A stretch of DNA of 64,000 nucleotides from Mucilaginibacter sp. (GCA_028288305.1 JAQBOA010000056.1:54026-118025); one strand, 5' to 3'. Positions 1 to 10,444 are shown, counted from the stretch's first letter. The notes: generated by a model from the letters alone, not told the origin. Program-made: numbers and translations.

Positions 1-49
1 CGTTGTTATAAAATCCTTAAAAAGCTAATTTAAAAAAATGAACTATATG

Positions 50-57
50 TAATTTTG
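50..57 (+). promoter_or_regulatory. Candidate Bacteroidota sigmaA -7 box (TAATTTTG) upstream of atp operon
   Basis: Matches TAnnTTTG consensus ~120 bp before probable atpI start; single short motif. Confidence 0.35.
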
Positions 58-179
58 AACGATAATTGGAGCCTTTTATTATTGCACAGTCCATTTTGCA
101 TTCTAAAAGATTTCTCGTTGTACCCTGCCTGCCGGCACTTCTAATGACAATATATATTATAACCCCCATTAACCCCCCG

Positions 180-566
180 ATGAAGATTTATCAATCTATA
201 CTTTTTTTCTTATGGTTTACATTTATTATAGCCATTCCGCCCTACATGCTTAAAAGTAACGGTCATGCGGATTTAATTACCCTGCAATTCTGGCTGATCT
301 TCTTTTTCCTTTCCGGACTTACGCTTTTAGTTGTTACTTCCATTTTAATTGTACGGCAAATGTACCCTACCATGTTTTCCGAAGCGTTTATGGGAGCAAC
401 TGTTGTTAAAATACTGGCATGCCTTATTTTTGTAGTAGTATTTTTGGCAAAAAATAAGGTAGATAAGTACGTTTTTATAGGCGATTTTTTTTACATATAT
501 TTCTTAAATACCGTCTTTGAAGTTTATATTTTGTTGCGTACCTTGCGGCACAAAAATTTAAGGTAG
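180..566 (+). CDS. AtpI-like membrane protein
   Basis: Four hydrophobic segments, directly upstream of atpB; ATG at 180 preferred over ORF-track start 66. Confidence 0.7.
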   Translation: MKIYQSILFFLWFTFIIAIPPYMLKSNGHADLITLQFWLIFFFLSGLTLLVVTSILIVRQMYPTMFSEAFMGATVVKILACLIFVVVFLAKNKVDKYVFIGDFFYIYFLNTVFEVYILLRTLRHKNLR

Positions 567-580
567 AAAACTTCATTTAG

Positions 581-1660
581 ATGTACAGCAGCTCGATTTT
601 GAAATCAAAATTTTTTAACATTTTATTCATTTGTGCCCTTTTTTTCATGATAGGGGCATTTCCAACACAAGTTTTTTCGCAAGAAAACAAATCTGAAGGT
701 ACTGAAAAAAAGTTTGATCCTAAGGAAACCATCCTTGAGCACATTGCCGATAAACATGAATGGCGCCTTTTTGGAAAATCATATATTCCACTACCGGTAA
801 TACTTTATACTGATAAAGGGATTGAGACATTTTCGTCTGGCAACCTGCAGCCTGCAGGTACTATTTACAAAGGCAAGTATTATAACTATATACTTGTTAA
901 TAATAAGATTAAGGCAGTTGACGATGCTGGTAAGATAGATGCGGCAGCCAATAAAAAGGTTTGGGATTTTTCCATTACCCAGAATGTTGCCTGTATGTGG
1001 ATGACAGGTGCACTTTTACTTATAGTGTTTTTAAGTATGTCATCGACCTACAAAAAGCGGGTTGGCAAAGCTCCTAAAGGCTTACAATCATTTCTTGAAC
1101 CGCTGATTTTATTTATCAGGGATGATGTGGCGTTGCCAAATATTGGTGTTAAGTATGAGCGGTATATGCCTTTATTACTTACCATATTCTTTTTTATTTT
1201 AATAAATAATTTGTTCGGGATGATCCCGTTTTTTCCGGGTGGTTATAATCTTACAGGCAATATTGCTGTGACTGCTGTACTTGCAGTTATTATATTAATA
1301 GTGGTTAATTTAAATGCAAAGAAGGGTTATTGGAAGCATATTTTTATGCCTAATCCATGGTGGTTATTCCCCATTATGATACCGGTTGAAATTGTCTCCA
1401 TTTTTTCGAAGCCGATTGCATTAATGATTCGTTTGTTTGCAAATATTACAGCGGGCCACATTATTGTATTAAGCTTAGTATCACTAATTTTTATCTTTAA
1501 CAGCTTGTGGATATCGCCTGTATCAGTTGTATTTGTTGTATTTATTGATACGATTGAATTGCTGGTAGCATTTTTACAGGCATATATTTTTACGATGCTT
1601 TCGTCCTTATTTATCGGGATGGCTATTGAAGAGCATCATGATCACCAGGAGGTTATTTAA
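581..1660 (+). CDS. atpB: F0F1 ATP synthase subunit a
   Basis: LMIRLFANITAGH motif with conserved Arg; LQAYIFTMLS C-terminal helix; Bacteroidota-type N-terminal extension. Confidence 0.97.
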   Translation: MYSSSILKSKFFNILFICALFFMIGAFPTQVFSQENKSEGTEKKFDPKETILEHIADKHEWRLFGKSYIPLPVILYTDKGIETFSSGNLQPAGTIYKGKYYNYILVNNKIKAVDDAGKIDAAANKKVWDFSITQNVACMWMTGALLLIVFLSMSSTYKKRVGKAPKGLQSFLEPLILFIRDDVALPNIGVKYERYMPLLLTIFFFILINNLFGMIPFFPGGYNLTGNIAVTAVLAVIILIVVNLNAKKGYWKHIFMPNPWWLFPIMIPVEIVSIFSKPIALMIRLFANITAGHIIVLSLVSLIFIFNSLWISPVSVVFVVFIDTIELLVAFLQAYIFTMLSSLFIGMAIEEHHDHQEVI

Positions 1661-1702
1661 AATTAATAAATCTAAATATATATACACACTTTAAATTAAT
1701 AA

Positions 1703-1906
<204 letters not shown>

Positions 1907-1934
1907 TTTATTTAGGCAAGAGAGAAAAAAACGT

Positions 1935-1955
1935 CCCGGAGCGGTTGGCTCCGGG
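1935..1955 (+). promoter_or_regulatory. Stem-loop between atpE and atpF
   Basis: CCCGGAGC-GGTTG-GCTCCGGG perfect 8-bp stem; no U-tract on + strand. Confidence 0.55.
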
Positions 1956-2005
1956 CATGTTTAAATTTATTAAAATTGATTTATATAAAATTATAATTTA
2001 ACATA

Positions 2006-2500
2006 ATGGACTTAGTTACCCCAGAAGTAGGTTTGATTTTTTGGACAGCTTTATCCTTTTTTATCCTTTTATTTATACTGGGTAAATTCGCATGGAAACC
2101 CATCTTAGCTGCGGTAAATGAACGTGAGCAATCTATTGAAACTGCCTTGTCAAGAGCCGAAGCGGTTAAAGAAGAGATGAGCCGCTTAACAAGCGAGAAT
2201 GAAGCATTGCTTAAACAAGCGCGTGCCGAGCGTGACGCTATTTTATCTGAAGCAACAAAAGTTAAAAACCAAATTATTAGCGAGGCTAAAGAATCCGCTC
2301 ATAAAGAAGGAGCACGCCAGATTGAACTTGCGCGGATTGAAATCAACAATCAAAAAGCAATTGCTATGGCTGATGTAAAAAACCAGGTAGCAACGCTATC
2401 CCTTGATATTGCTGAAAAAGTATTACGCAAGCAATTTGAAGATCAGAAAAAACAGGATGAACTGGTTAAGGAATTATTAAAGGAAGTTAAGCTTAGCTAA
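2006..2500 (+). CDS. atpF: F0F1 ATP synthase subunit b
   Basis: N-terminal TM ending FAWKPIL...ERE followed by coiled coil. Confidence 0.96.
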   Translation: MDLVTPEVGLIFWTALSFFILLFILGKFAWKPILAAVNEREQSIETALSRAEAVKEEMSRLTSENEALLKQARAERDAILSEATKVKNQIISEAKESAHKEGARQIELARIEINNQKAIAMADVKNQVATLSLDIAEKVLRKQFEDQKKQDELVKELLKEVKLS

Positions 2501-2501
2501 T

Positions 2502-2590
2502 TTTAGATTTACGAATTACGATTTTAGATTTTACAAATCTAAAACATGGGATATAATTCCGAATCGTAAATCGTAAGTCGTAAATCGTAA
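2502..2590. repeat. Inverted heptamer tandem array (TTACGAT/ATCGTAA)
   Basis: Left arm TTTAGAT TTACGAA TTACGAT TTTAGAT; right arm ATCGTAA ATCGTAA GTCGTAA ATCGTAA. Confidence 0.85.
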
Positions 2591-2598
2591 ATAAAAAA

Positions 2599-3144
2599 AT
2601 GTCAGAATTAACAGTAGCATCCAGGTATGCAAAGTCACTTATCGATCTTGCTTCAGAACAAAATATTGTTGAAGCGATAAAGAATGATATGGATCTGTTT
2701 TTTAATACCTTAAAATCTAATCCTGAATTAAAGGCAGTTTTGGCTAATCCCATCGTGTCTCATGTAAAAAAAATAAAAATACTTGACGAGGTTTTTTCTA
2801 AAAAAGTGAATAAGGTAAGTATTGCGTTTTTTAAGCTGATGATTAACAAAAGCCGGGGTGAGGTTTTATATCCCACTGCTATTGAGTACATCAATATGTA
2901 CGATATTAAAAACAACATTGTTAAGGCATCAGTGGTATCAGCAACAGCTTTATCCGAAGCCAATAAACAAAAAATGGTTGCTGATATACAAGCAGCTACC
3001 GGCGGCAGTATAAAATTAGATGCAAAAGTGGATCCGTCTTTAATTGGCGGATTTGTTTTAACAGTAGGCGACAGGCAGATAGATACCAGTATTGCAAACG
3101 ACTTAAAGAAATTAAAAAAGGAATTTTCCCTTAGTGTGAATTAA
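2599..3144 (+). CDS. atpH: F0F1 ATP synthase subunit delta
   Basis: VASRYAKSL N-terminus, VDPSLIGGFVL motif, operon position. Confidence 0.96.
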   Translation: MSELTVASRYAKSLIDLASEQNIVEAIKNDMDLFFNTLKSNPELKAVLANPIVSHVKKIKILDEVFSKKVNKVSIAFFKLMINKSRGEVLYPTAIEYINMYDIKNNIVKASVVSATALSEANKQKMVADIQAATGGSIKLDAKVDPSLIGGFVLTVGDRQIDTSIANDLKKLKKEFSLSVN

Positions 3145-3170
3145 ACTAAAACCTAAAATAAATTTAAAAA

Positions 3171-4745
3171 ATGGTAGAGGTAAGACCAGACGAAGTATCA
3201 GCAATTTTGCGTCAGCAATTAGCAGGCTTCAAGTCAGAATCTGAATTAGAAGAAGTGGGTACTGTGCTCCAGGTGGGTGATGGTATTGCACGTGTTTATG
3301 GATTAACAAAAGTGCAATCAGGTGAGCTGGTTGAGTTTGGTACAGGTTTACGTGGTATCGTTCTTAATCTTGAAGAAGATAACGTAGGTGTGGTATTGCT
3401 TGGTAAATCTGATGATATTAAAGAAGGCGATACTGTAAAACGCACCAATAGGATTGCTTCTATTAACGTTGGTGAAGGTATGCTTGGTCGTGTGGTTGAT
3501 ACCTTAGGAAACCCTATTGATGGTAAAGGCCCGATAAAAGGTCAAACCTATGAAATGCCTTTAGAGCGTAAAGCGCCGGGAGTTATTTACCGCCAGCCGG
3601 TTACCGAGCCTTTGCAAACTGGTATAAAAGCTATTGATGCGATGATCCCAATTGGCCGCGGACAGCGTGAGCTGGTTATTGGTGATCGTCAGACCGGTAA
3701 AACTGCGGTTTGTATCGATACCATTATCAATCAAAAAGAATTTTACGAAGCTGGAAAACCAGTAATATGTATATATGTTGCCTGCGGACAAAAAGCTTCG
3801 ACAGTTGCAAACATCGTTCGTACACTTGATGAAAAAGGCGCAATGCCGTATTCAATCATTGTGGCGGCCAGTGCTGCAGACTCTGCTACAATGCAATTTT
3901 TTGCCCCTTTCGCAGGTGCTGCAATCGGCGAATATTTCCGTGATACAGGACGCCCGGCACTGATTATTTATGATGATCTTTCAAAACAAGCCGTCGCTTA
4001 TCGTGAGGTATCTTTATTATTGCGCCGCCCGCCAGGTCGTGAGGCTTATCCTGGTGACGTGTTTTACCTGCATAGCCGTTTATTAGAGCGTGCGGCTAAA
4101 ATAAGCCAGAACGATGCTATTGCTCAAGCAATGAATGACTTGCCTGAATCTATCAGGGGCATTGTAAAAGGAGGCGGTTCATTAACGGCATTGCCAATTA
4201 TTGAAACACAGGCAGGTGACGTATCAGCTTATATCCCAACAAACGTAATTTCAATTACCGACGGTCAGATATTCCTTGAATCTAACTTGTTTAACGCAGG
4301 TGTTCGTCCGGCTATTAACGTTGGTATATCTGTATCACGTGTAGGTGGTAATGCGCAGATCAAATCAATGAAGAAAGTTGCAGGTACTTTGAAACTTGAC
4401 CAGGCACAATATCGTGAGCTGGAAGCTTTTTCAAAGTTTGGCTCTGACCTTGATGCTTCAACAAAAAGTGTACTTGATAAAGGCGCGCGTAACGTTGAAA
4501 TTTTGAAACAAGGACAATATTCACCGGTATCAGTTGAAAAACAGGTAGCTATTATTTACCTCGGCACAAAAAATCTGTTGCGTAACGTGCCTGTAAATAA
4601 GATCAAAGAATTTGAAAACGATTTTACCAATCAGTTAGAGTCACGTCATCCTGAAGTATTGGCGGCTCTAAAAGCAGGTAAATTAGATGATCAGATAACC
4701 GGCGTATTGGAAACAATGGCTAAGGAAATGACAGGGAAATACTAA
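3171..4745 (+). CDS. atpA: F0F1 ATP synthase subunit alpha
   Basis: GDRQTGKT P-loop, [24 protein letters not shown]. Confidence 0.99.
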   Translation: MVEVRPDEVSAILRQQLAGFKSESELEEVGTVLQVGDGIARVYGLTKVQSGELVEFGTGLRGIVLNLEEDNVGVVLLGKSDDIKEGDTVKRTNRIASINVGEGMLGRVVDTLGNPIDGKGPIKGQTYEMPLERKAPGVIYRQPVTEPLQTGIKAIDAMIPIGRGQRELVIGDRQTGKTAVCIDTIINQKEFYEAGKPVICIYVACGQKASTVANIVRTLDEKGAMPYSIIVAASAADSATMQFFAPFAGAAIGEYFRDTGRPALIIYDDLSKQAVAYREVSLLLRRPPGREAYPGDVFYLHSRLLERAAKISQNDAIAQAMNDLPESIRGIVKGGGSLTALPIIETQAGDVSAYIPTNVISITDGQIFLESNLFNAGVRPAINVGISVSRVGGNAQIKSMKKVAGTLKLDQAQYRELEAFSKFGSDLDASTKSVLDKGARNVEILKQGQYSPVSVEKQVAIIYLGTKNLLRNVPVNKIKEFENDFTNQLESRHPEVLAALKAGKLDDQITGVLETMAKEMTGKY

Positions 4746-4877
4746 TTAGTAATTAGTATCAAGTATCAGGTATCAAGATTTTATCCTTTGATGCCTGATG
4801 CTTAAAATAAGTTAGTAAAAGTAGAAGGTATCTAAATCATTAAGGATCTTGATACTTGATACTAAATACTTGATACT
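4744..4877. repeat. Inverted heptamer tandem array (ATCAAGT/ACTTGAT)
   Basis: AATTAGT AATTAGT ATCAAGT ATCAGGT ATCAAGA ... TCTTGAT ACTTGAT ACTAAAT ACTTGAT. Confidence 0.85.
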
Positions 4878-4888
4878 CCAAAAGAAGA

Positions 4889-5773
4889 ATGGCTAATTTA
4901 AAAGAAGTAAGAAACAGGATTAAATCTGTAAGCTCAACGCAGCAGATCACCCGGGCTATGAAAATGGTTTCGGCAGCTAAGTTGAAAAGGGCTACAAACG
5001 CTATTATACAATTACGCCCGTATGCCAAAAAGCTAAAAGAGCTATTGGCAAACCTGTCGGCTAGTTTGGAAGATGGTTCATCTCCATTTTTGGTAGAAAG
5101 GGTGCCTAACCGTGTTTTAATTATCGTTGTATCATCCAACCGGGGTTTGGCAGGCGCTTTTAATGCTAATGTTATTAAAATGGCTAATAATTTAATAGCT
5201 GAAAAATACATGGAGCAATATAAAGCGGGTAATGTTTCTATCGTTGCAATTGGTAAAAAAAGCCAGGAGTATTACCAAAGACGCAAGTACAATGTTATTG
5301 GCAACAATAACGACCTGTACCTAGACCTTAACTTTGAAAATGCTTCAAAGATTACAGACAGCATAATGGAAGGATTTTTAAAAGGAAATTATGACCGGGT
5401 TGAACTGGTTTATAACCAATTTAAAAACGCTGCCATGCAGATATTAGTTTCTGAACAATTGATTCCTGTTCCGAAACCCGAAGTTAAGAAAGACAGCAAG
5501 CAATCCCAAGTTGATTATATACTGGAACCATCCCAGGAGCAGATAGTTGAGCAACTGATACCAAAAAATATAAAAATACAAGTATACAAGGCCGTATTGG
5601 ATTCGAATGCTTCTGAGCATGGCGCACGTATGACAGCTATGGATAAGGCTACCGATAATGCCGGTGAATTGTTAAAATCACTAAAACTATCTTATAACCA
5701 GGCACGCCAGGCGGCAATTACAACAGAACTTACCGAAATTGTAAGCGGGGCTGCTGCGTTGTCAAGTAATTAG
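4889..5773 (+). CDS. atpG: F0F1 ATP synthase subunit gamma
   Basis: ITRAMKMVSAAK, SNRGLAGAFN, NQARQAAITTELTEIVSGA. Confidence 0.98.
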   Translation: MANLKEVRNRIKSVSSTQQITRAMKMVSAAKLKRATNAIIQLRPYAKKLKELLANLSASLEDGSSPFLVERVPNRVLIIVVSSNRGLAGAFNANVIKMANNLIAEKYMEQYKAGNVSIVAIGKKSQEYYQRRKYNVIGNNNDLYLDLNFENASKITDSIMEGFLKGNYDRVELVYNQFKNAAMQILVSEQLIPVPKPEVKKDSKQSQVDYILEPSQEQIVEQLIPKNIKIQVYKAVLDSNASEHGARMTAMDKATDNAGELLKSLKLSYNQARQAAITTELTEIVSGAAALSSN

Positions 5774-5777
5774 AAAA

Positions 5778-5872
5778 TTGTCTGAACTAAGATTTTTAAG
5801 ATTAAAAGATGGTGGGATTTTGAATTTTAGTATCCTATAATCCTTAAATCCTAAAAATCTTAGTTCACACAA
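5778..5872. repeat. Palindromic repeat family B (TTGTCTGAAC...GTTCAGACAA with internal AATCCT units)
   Basis: Inverted termini; related copies at 16797-16905, 20717-20742, 24135-24161, 36226-36265. Confidence 0.8.
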
Positions 5873-5907
5873 TTAAACAAACCCCCCATTGCTTTGTTAT
5901 TATCCAC

Positions 5908-6111
5908 ATGACAAAGCCAGCAAACTCAAAAGATAAACCCTCGCCAGCCGATACACCTACCAAAAAGCCAAATGATAAGGGCGGGAAAAGCAAAGTAAGG
6001 AAAACTGACAAAGAATATCGTGAAGATAGCCCTCATGGCGGGGATATTGCAAAAAGATATGAGCAGGAAGAGCAGCCTGTAAAACCGGTAAAAGACTCAC
6101 CTAAGGAGTAG
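5908..6111 (+). CDS. Small hydrophilic hypothetical protein
   Basis: 67-aa Lys/Pro/Asp-rich ORF filling an intergenic gap; no motif recognised. Confidence 0.5.
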   Translation: MTKPANSKDKPSPADTPTKKPNDKGGKSKVRKTDKEYREDSPHGGDIAKRYEQEEQPVKPVKDSPKE

Positions 6112-6171
6112 TAAGAGGTCTTAAGTCACATTTCCAACTTAAGTCAAGACTTCGGACTAAAGACTTTGGAC

Positions 6172-7974
6172 TTAATCCCGGCTTATCCCTGCTGAATTAA
6201 ATTGTAAATCATATAATTTCCGGTAATAGCCATTTTCTATGCGCAATAGTTCCTGGTGTGTTCCTGATTCTTTTATTTCACCATGATCGAGCACTATAAT
6301 TTTATCTGCGTTTTGTATGGTAGATAAACGGTGGGCAATTACAATTGCTGTGCGGCCCTGCATAAGCTTATTTATAGCTTTTTGAATTAATATTTCAGTC
6401 TCAGTATCAACGGAGGAAGTTGCTTCATCTAAAACCAAAATAGTTGGATTATAAACTAAAGCGCGGATAAATGAAATAAGCTGCGCTTGTCCACCCGATA
6501 GGGTAGAACCCCTTTCCATTACATTATAATCATATCCTCCGGGCAAGCGTTCAATAAACTCATGCGCGCCTACGTCTTTCGCAGCAGCTATTACTTGCTC
6601 CCTTGTTATTTCGGAATTATTTAAACTAATATTATTGCCAATTGTATCGGTAAACAAAAAAACATCCTGTATTACAGTAGCAATCTTAGTCCGTAAATAG
6701 CTGACATCATATTCTCTAATATCAATTCCGTCAATCGTGACACTGCCTTTGCTTATTTCATAAAAGCGGTTTAAAATATTTATGGTTGATGATTTGCCAG
6801 CCCCGGTAGCACCCACCAATGCCAGGGTTTTACCTGGCTCTAGATGAAAGTTAATATTTTTTAATACCCAATTTTCATCGTTATAGGCAAACCAAACATG
6901 GTTAAATTTTATTTCGCCCAATAAGTTTGCCGGTTTTAATTTGCCGGTGTTAACTGCTACCTCATCCGTATCCAAAACCCTGAATATCCTGTCGGCGCCT
7001 ACCATACCCATTTGCAGCGTATTGAATTTATCGGCAAGCTGGCGTATAGGTCTGAAAAGAATATTCAGACAAAGAATAAATTCTAAAATAACGCCTGGGG
7101 TTACTCTGCCACGGGGTGTTGCAAGGGCATTTAATTGACTGTCGGTTAAAATACGTTTACAACCATACCATACCAATATCGCGATACATACGGCAAAAAG
7201 TATTTCAACCACAGGAAAAAAAATGGAATAATACAAGTTTGATTGGATGTTTGCATCCCTGTATTTTTTATTAACCGCCTTAAACTTGCGCATTTCCTGG
7301 TCTTCCCTCGAAAAAAACTGTATTACACTAATACCCGAAATATGCTCTGCCAAAAAAGTGTTCAAATGAGCAACCTGTGTGCGCACCTCTTGGAAAGATG
7401 ATTTTATTGCTTCCTTAAAAACATAAGTAGAAAGTAGCAGGAAAGGCATGGGTGTAAGCGTGATCAGAGCCAGTTTCCAATCTTTAAATATCATATATCC
7501 TATCACAGCAATTAATAGCAGCATGTCGCCCATGATGGAAATTAACCCTTCCGAAAAAATATCGGCAATAGTTTCCAGGTCTGATACGGTCCTGGTAATG
7601 AGCATCCCGATAGGAGTACGGTCGAAATATTTAAGCCTCAAACTGGTGATGTGATTAAATATATCAATCCGCAGATCGCGTATAACAGATTGACCAAGTG
7701 AGTTGGTTAGAAAAGTTTGATAATACTGTGCAGCAGTTTGAATGATTAGCTGACCCATCATCAGCTCAACCATAAAAACCAATCCCTGGTAATTATCTTT
7801 TAAGATATAATTATCAAGGGTTTTTTGCATCAGGATAGGCTGCACTAAAGCCGAGGCTGCCAAAAAGACGGTTAAAAATACCGAGATAACAAATGTTGTA
7901 TTATAAGGTTTAACATAATGCATTACCCGCTTTAGCAGTTTCCAATCAAGCGCTTTTCCTGTTACCTCAGACAT
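6172..7974 (-). CDS. ABC transporter ATP-binding/permease (MsbA-like exporter)
   Basis: TMD plus NBD; GATGAGKS Walker A, LSGGQAQ signature, LVLDEATS Walker B. Confidence 0.95.
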   Translation of the reverse strand: MSEVTGKALDWKLLKRVMHYVKPYNTTFVISVFLTVFLAASALVQPILMQKTLDNYILKDNYQGLVFMVELMMGQLIIQTAAQYYQTFLTNSLGQSVIRDLRIDIFNHITSLRLKYFDRTPIGMLITRTVSDLETIADIFSEGLISIMGDMLLLIAVIGYMIFKDWKLALITLTPMPFLLLSTYVFKEAIKSSFQEVRTQVAHLNTFLAEHISGISVIQFFSREDQEMRKFKAVNKKYRDANIQSNLYYSIFFPVVEILFAVCIAILVWYGCKRILTDSQLNALATPRGRVTPGVILEFILCLNILFRPIRQLADKFNTLQMGMVGADRIFRVLDTDEVAVNTGKLKPANLLGEIKFNHVWFAYNDENWVLKNINFHLEPGKTLALVGATGAGKSSTINILNRFYEISKGSVTIDGIDIREYDVSYLRTKIATVIQDVFLFTDTIGNNISLNNSEITREQVIAAAKDVGAHEFIERLPGGYDYNVMERGSTLSGGQAQLISFIRALVYNPTILVLDEATSSVDTETEILIQKAINKLMQGRTAIVIAHRLSTIQNADKIIVLDHGEIKESGTHQELLRIENGYYRKLYDLQFNSAGISRD

Positions 7975-7979
7975 TTTAT

Positions 7980-8219
7980 TTACGAATTACGATTTACGAA
8001 TTACGATTTTTTATTTCGGATTTTTCACTTTATAATTTGTTTTCAGTGGCGTTCAAGAGTGCTTCGCAGTTTCGGAATTACGATTTCGGATTTAATCTTT
8101 TTTAATTTTGGATGATAAATCTTTATTTATAATTCTCAACATTGAACTGATATTTTTGTCAATTTAGAATTGTCTTACTTTGTTTTTATAAATCTGAAAT
8201 CGTAATTCGTAAATCTTAA
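7980..8219. repeat. Inverted heptamer tandem array (TTACGAA/TTCGGAT ... ATCGTAA)
   Basis: TTACGAA TTACGAT TTACGAA TTACGAT at 7980-8007; second block ~8070-8095; inverted arm ATCTGAA ATCGTAA TTCGTAA at ~8193-8213. Confidence 0.8.
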
Positions 8220-8220
8220 A

Positions 8221-9054
8221 TTAATACCGCACTTCAGTTAGATACAAACCACAAGCCGGTACTGATGTCCCTGCATTACTACGGTTTTTACTTTCAATAA
8301 TATTGCGGACAGCTTCTGGCTCAATTTCATGTTTGCCTACCATTAAAAGGGTGCCTACAATTGCCCGTACCATATTACGTAAAAAACGATCTGCAGAGAT
8401 ATGAAAAACAATTCCATCATCTGTTAGTGTCCATTCCGCTTTTGTTATTTTACAAATATTGGTTTTAACTTGTGTATTTGATTTACTGAAACAGCTAAAG
8501 TCGATATGTTCTTTTATAATATCGGCAGCTTTATTCATTAAAAAAATATCCGGCTTATCACGGATCTGCCAGGAATACCCCTGTTTAAAAGGATCTTTAT
8601 TAAAATGGATATGATACTCATACGTACGTAAAACAGCATCAAACCGTGCGTGTGCACTTGCTTCAACCGGGAAAATATTTTTTACAGCAATATCATGGGG
8701 CAGTATGGAATTTATACTCCTTATCAAATTGATTTTGTCCATAGTCCATAGACCATAGTCCATGGAAGTTTCCCTGTTATTGAGGATGGTTCCCTCATTT
8801 TTACTTTCATTTATGGACCATGGACTATTGACTATGGACTCTCCTTCCGCATCGAAATGTGCAAAAAACTCCCTTGCATGTACACCTGTGTCCGTACGTC
8901 CACAACCGGTAGTCTCAATTTGTTCACGTAAAATAACAGATAGGCTTTTATTCAATACTTCCTGCACGCTTAATGCATTTGGCTGCACTTGCCAGCCATG
9001 ATAACGGGTACCATCAAAAGAAAGTTCAATAAAAAAGCGTTGTTTTTCGGACAC
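8221..9054 (-). CDS. truA: tRNA pseudouridine(38-40) synthase with internal in-frame repeat insertion
   Basis: FDGTRYHGWQVQ, GCGRTDTGVHA catalytic Asp, FLRNMVRAIVG; GTG start. Confidence 0.95.
   Translation of the reverse strand: MSEKQRFFIELSFDGTRYHGWQVQPNALSVQEVLNKSLSVILREQIETTGCGRTDTGVHAREFFAHFDAEGESIVNSPWSINESKNEGTILNNRETSMDYGLWTMDKINLIRSINSILPHDIAVKNIFPVEASAHARFDAVLRTYEYHIHFNKDPFKQGYSWQIRDKPDIFLMNKAADIIKEHIDFSCFSKSNTQVKTNICKITKAEWTLTDDGIVFHISADRFLRNMVRAIVGTLLMVGKHEIEPEAVRNIIESKNRSNAGTSVPACGLYLTEVRY
8737..8839. repeat. Inverted heptamer array inside truA (GTCCATA x4 / TATGGAC x4)
   Basis: GTCCATA GTCCATA GACCATA GTCCATG (8737-8764), 47-nt spacer, TATGGAC CATGGAC TATTGAC TATGGAC (8812-8839). 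Confidence 0.9.
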
Positions 9055-9063
9055 AGAGCAAGA

Positions 9064-9192
9064 AGTGTTGTAATGTTGAAAAGTTGTAATGTTGCAAAGT
9101 TATGGAAAATGTTTTAGAGGATTAGCTCATGAATTCTATATAATCGAATGAGTCAACCTTCAAACCTTACAACTTTTCAACCTTACAACATC
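9064..9192. repeat. Inverted octamer tandem array (GTTGTAAT/AACCTTAC)
   Basis: GTTGTAAT GTTGAAAA GTTGTAAT GTTGCAAA ... AACCTTAC AACTTTTC AACCTTAC AAC. Confidence 0.75.
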
Positions 9193-9204
9193 AAATAAAA
9201 AAAC

Positions 9205-9720
9205 CTAACTAATATACTCCTTATAGATAGATTCAAACATGATATTATTCTCAACGGCAATGTTGAAAGGGTGATCAAGGAAACTATTACTGTAACCTAT
9301 TGCCTTAGCAAGGTTTTTTAATACTTTGAAATAAGTTATTTCTATACCTTCTATCTGCTGTAAATAAAAAAGGATAAATACATCGCGTTCAAGGGGTGTT
9401 TTACCTGCTTTAATAGCTGCCAGATAAGCCTCCAGGGTCATGGCTTTTATGCCTAATGTATTTGTTTTAGACGGGCTGTCACCTATGGAATTGAATATTT
9501 TTTCCAGCTGATGCAGCTGATTTTCTGTATCGTCGTTTACTTCCTGCACGGCCAATTTCAAAACATTTAAAGTTGCCAGGCTTTTAATTTCTACAAAGAA
9601 ATTTATAAGGTGCTGTTTACCATAATAAATATAGTTTAAGTGCTCAAGGAAGATTTTTTTTAGCAACAGATCGTCCATCACTACATCTTTCGGTTGTAAA
9701 GAAGCTAAAGAATTACTCAT
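9205..9720 (-). CDS. DUF892/YciF-like ferritin-fold protein
   Basis: Helical pattern ..TENQLHQLEKIF.. and ..RDVFILFYLQQIEGIEITYFKVL..; ligands look degenerate. Confidence 0.7.
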   Translation of the reverse strand: MSNSLASLQPKDVVMDDLLLKKIFLEHLNYIYYGKQHLINFFVEIKSLATLNVLKLAVQEVNDDTENQLHQLEKIFNSIGDSPSKTNTLGIKAMTLEAYLAAIKAGKTPLERDVFILFYLQQIEGIEITYFKVLKNLAKAIGYSNSFLDHPFNIAVENNIMFESIYKEYIS

Positions 9721-9847
9721 GATAATTAATTGAGGGGTTAATATTGATTAAATGTACAAATTTTAATAAACAGTTGCTTTTTTCAGGAAAATAAAGTCAT
9801 TTAACAATCACTAAAACAATTATATCTTTACTGAAATATTTGATAAT

Positions 9848-10315
9848 ATGTTACAAAGAATACAAAGTATATACCTGTTACTTGCAAGCCTGGCATTGCT
9901 TGCTTTATTCCTTTTCCCACTTGTTCATAATGTTTATGTAGACGGCAAACCCATAAGTATAATGGTTACCGGCGTTTACCAGGATGTTAACGGCCAGCTT
10001 ACACACACTCAATTTTTTGTCGCACTTACTGTAGCTACTGCAATTGTTGCTTTAATACCATTGCTCATTATTTTTCTGTATAAAAACCGTAAACAACAAG
10101 TCGCCTTATGCTACAGTGCCATACTGGTTATTATTGGTTATAGTTTTTGGATGTCCCAGGCAGTAAAAAAAGTAATGGGAGAAATACAAATAGATACCCA
10201 TAACTGGGGGATAGGCCTTTTCCTGTCTTCAATTAGTTTATTGCTCATGATTTTTGCCATAAAAGCGATACAAAGAGATGAAAAGCTGGTAAAATCTGCT
10301 GATAGGTTGAGATAG
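9848..10315 (+). CDS. DUF4293 family membrane protein
   Basis: MLQRIQSIYL N-terminus, IFLYKNRKQQ, AIQRDEKLVKSADRLR C-terminus. Confidence 0.9.
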   Translation: MLQRIQSIYLLLASLALLALFLFPLVHNVYVDGKPISIMVTGVYQDVNGQLTHTQFFVALTVATAIVALIPLLIIFLYKNRKQQVALCYSAILVIIGYSFWMSQAVKKVMGEIQIDTHNWGIGLFLSSISLLLMIFAIKAIQRDEKLVKSADRLR

Positions 10316-10334
10316 TGGTTGTTTAACATAAGTT

Positions 10335-10444
10335 TCATGGTGAGGCACTCGAACCATGTGGGGTAGCCTTTACATATTGCATTGCGTTAATGCATTAGCG
10401 TTGTGCCTTTGCGCACATGGTTCGAGTGCCTCACCATGACACCC
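10335..10444. repeat. REP-like doublet family I (TCATGGTGAGGCACTCGAACCATGTG arms)
   Basis: Long inverted arms with spacer; homologous to the IS110-interrupted copy at 22307-24010. Confidence 0.9.
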
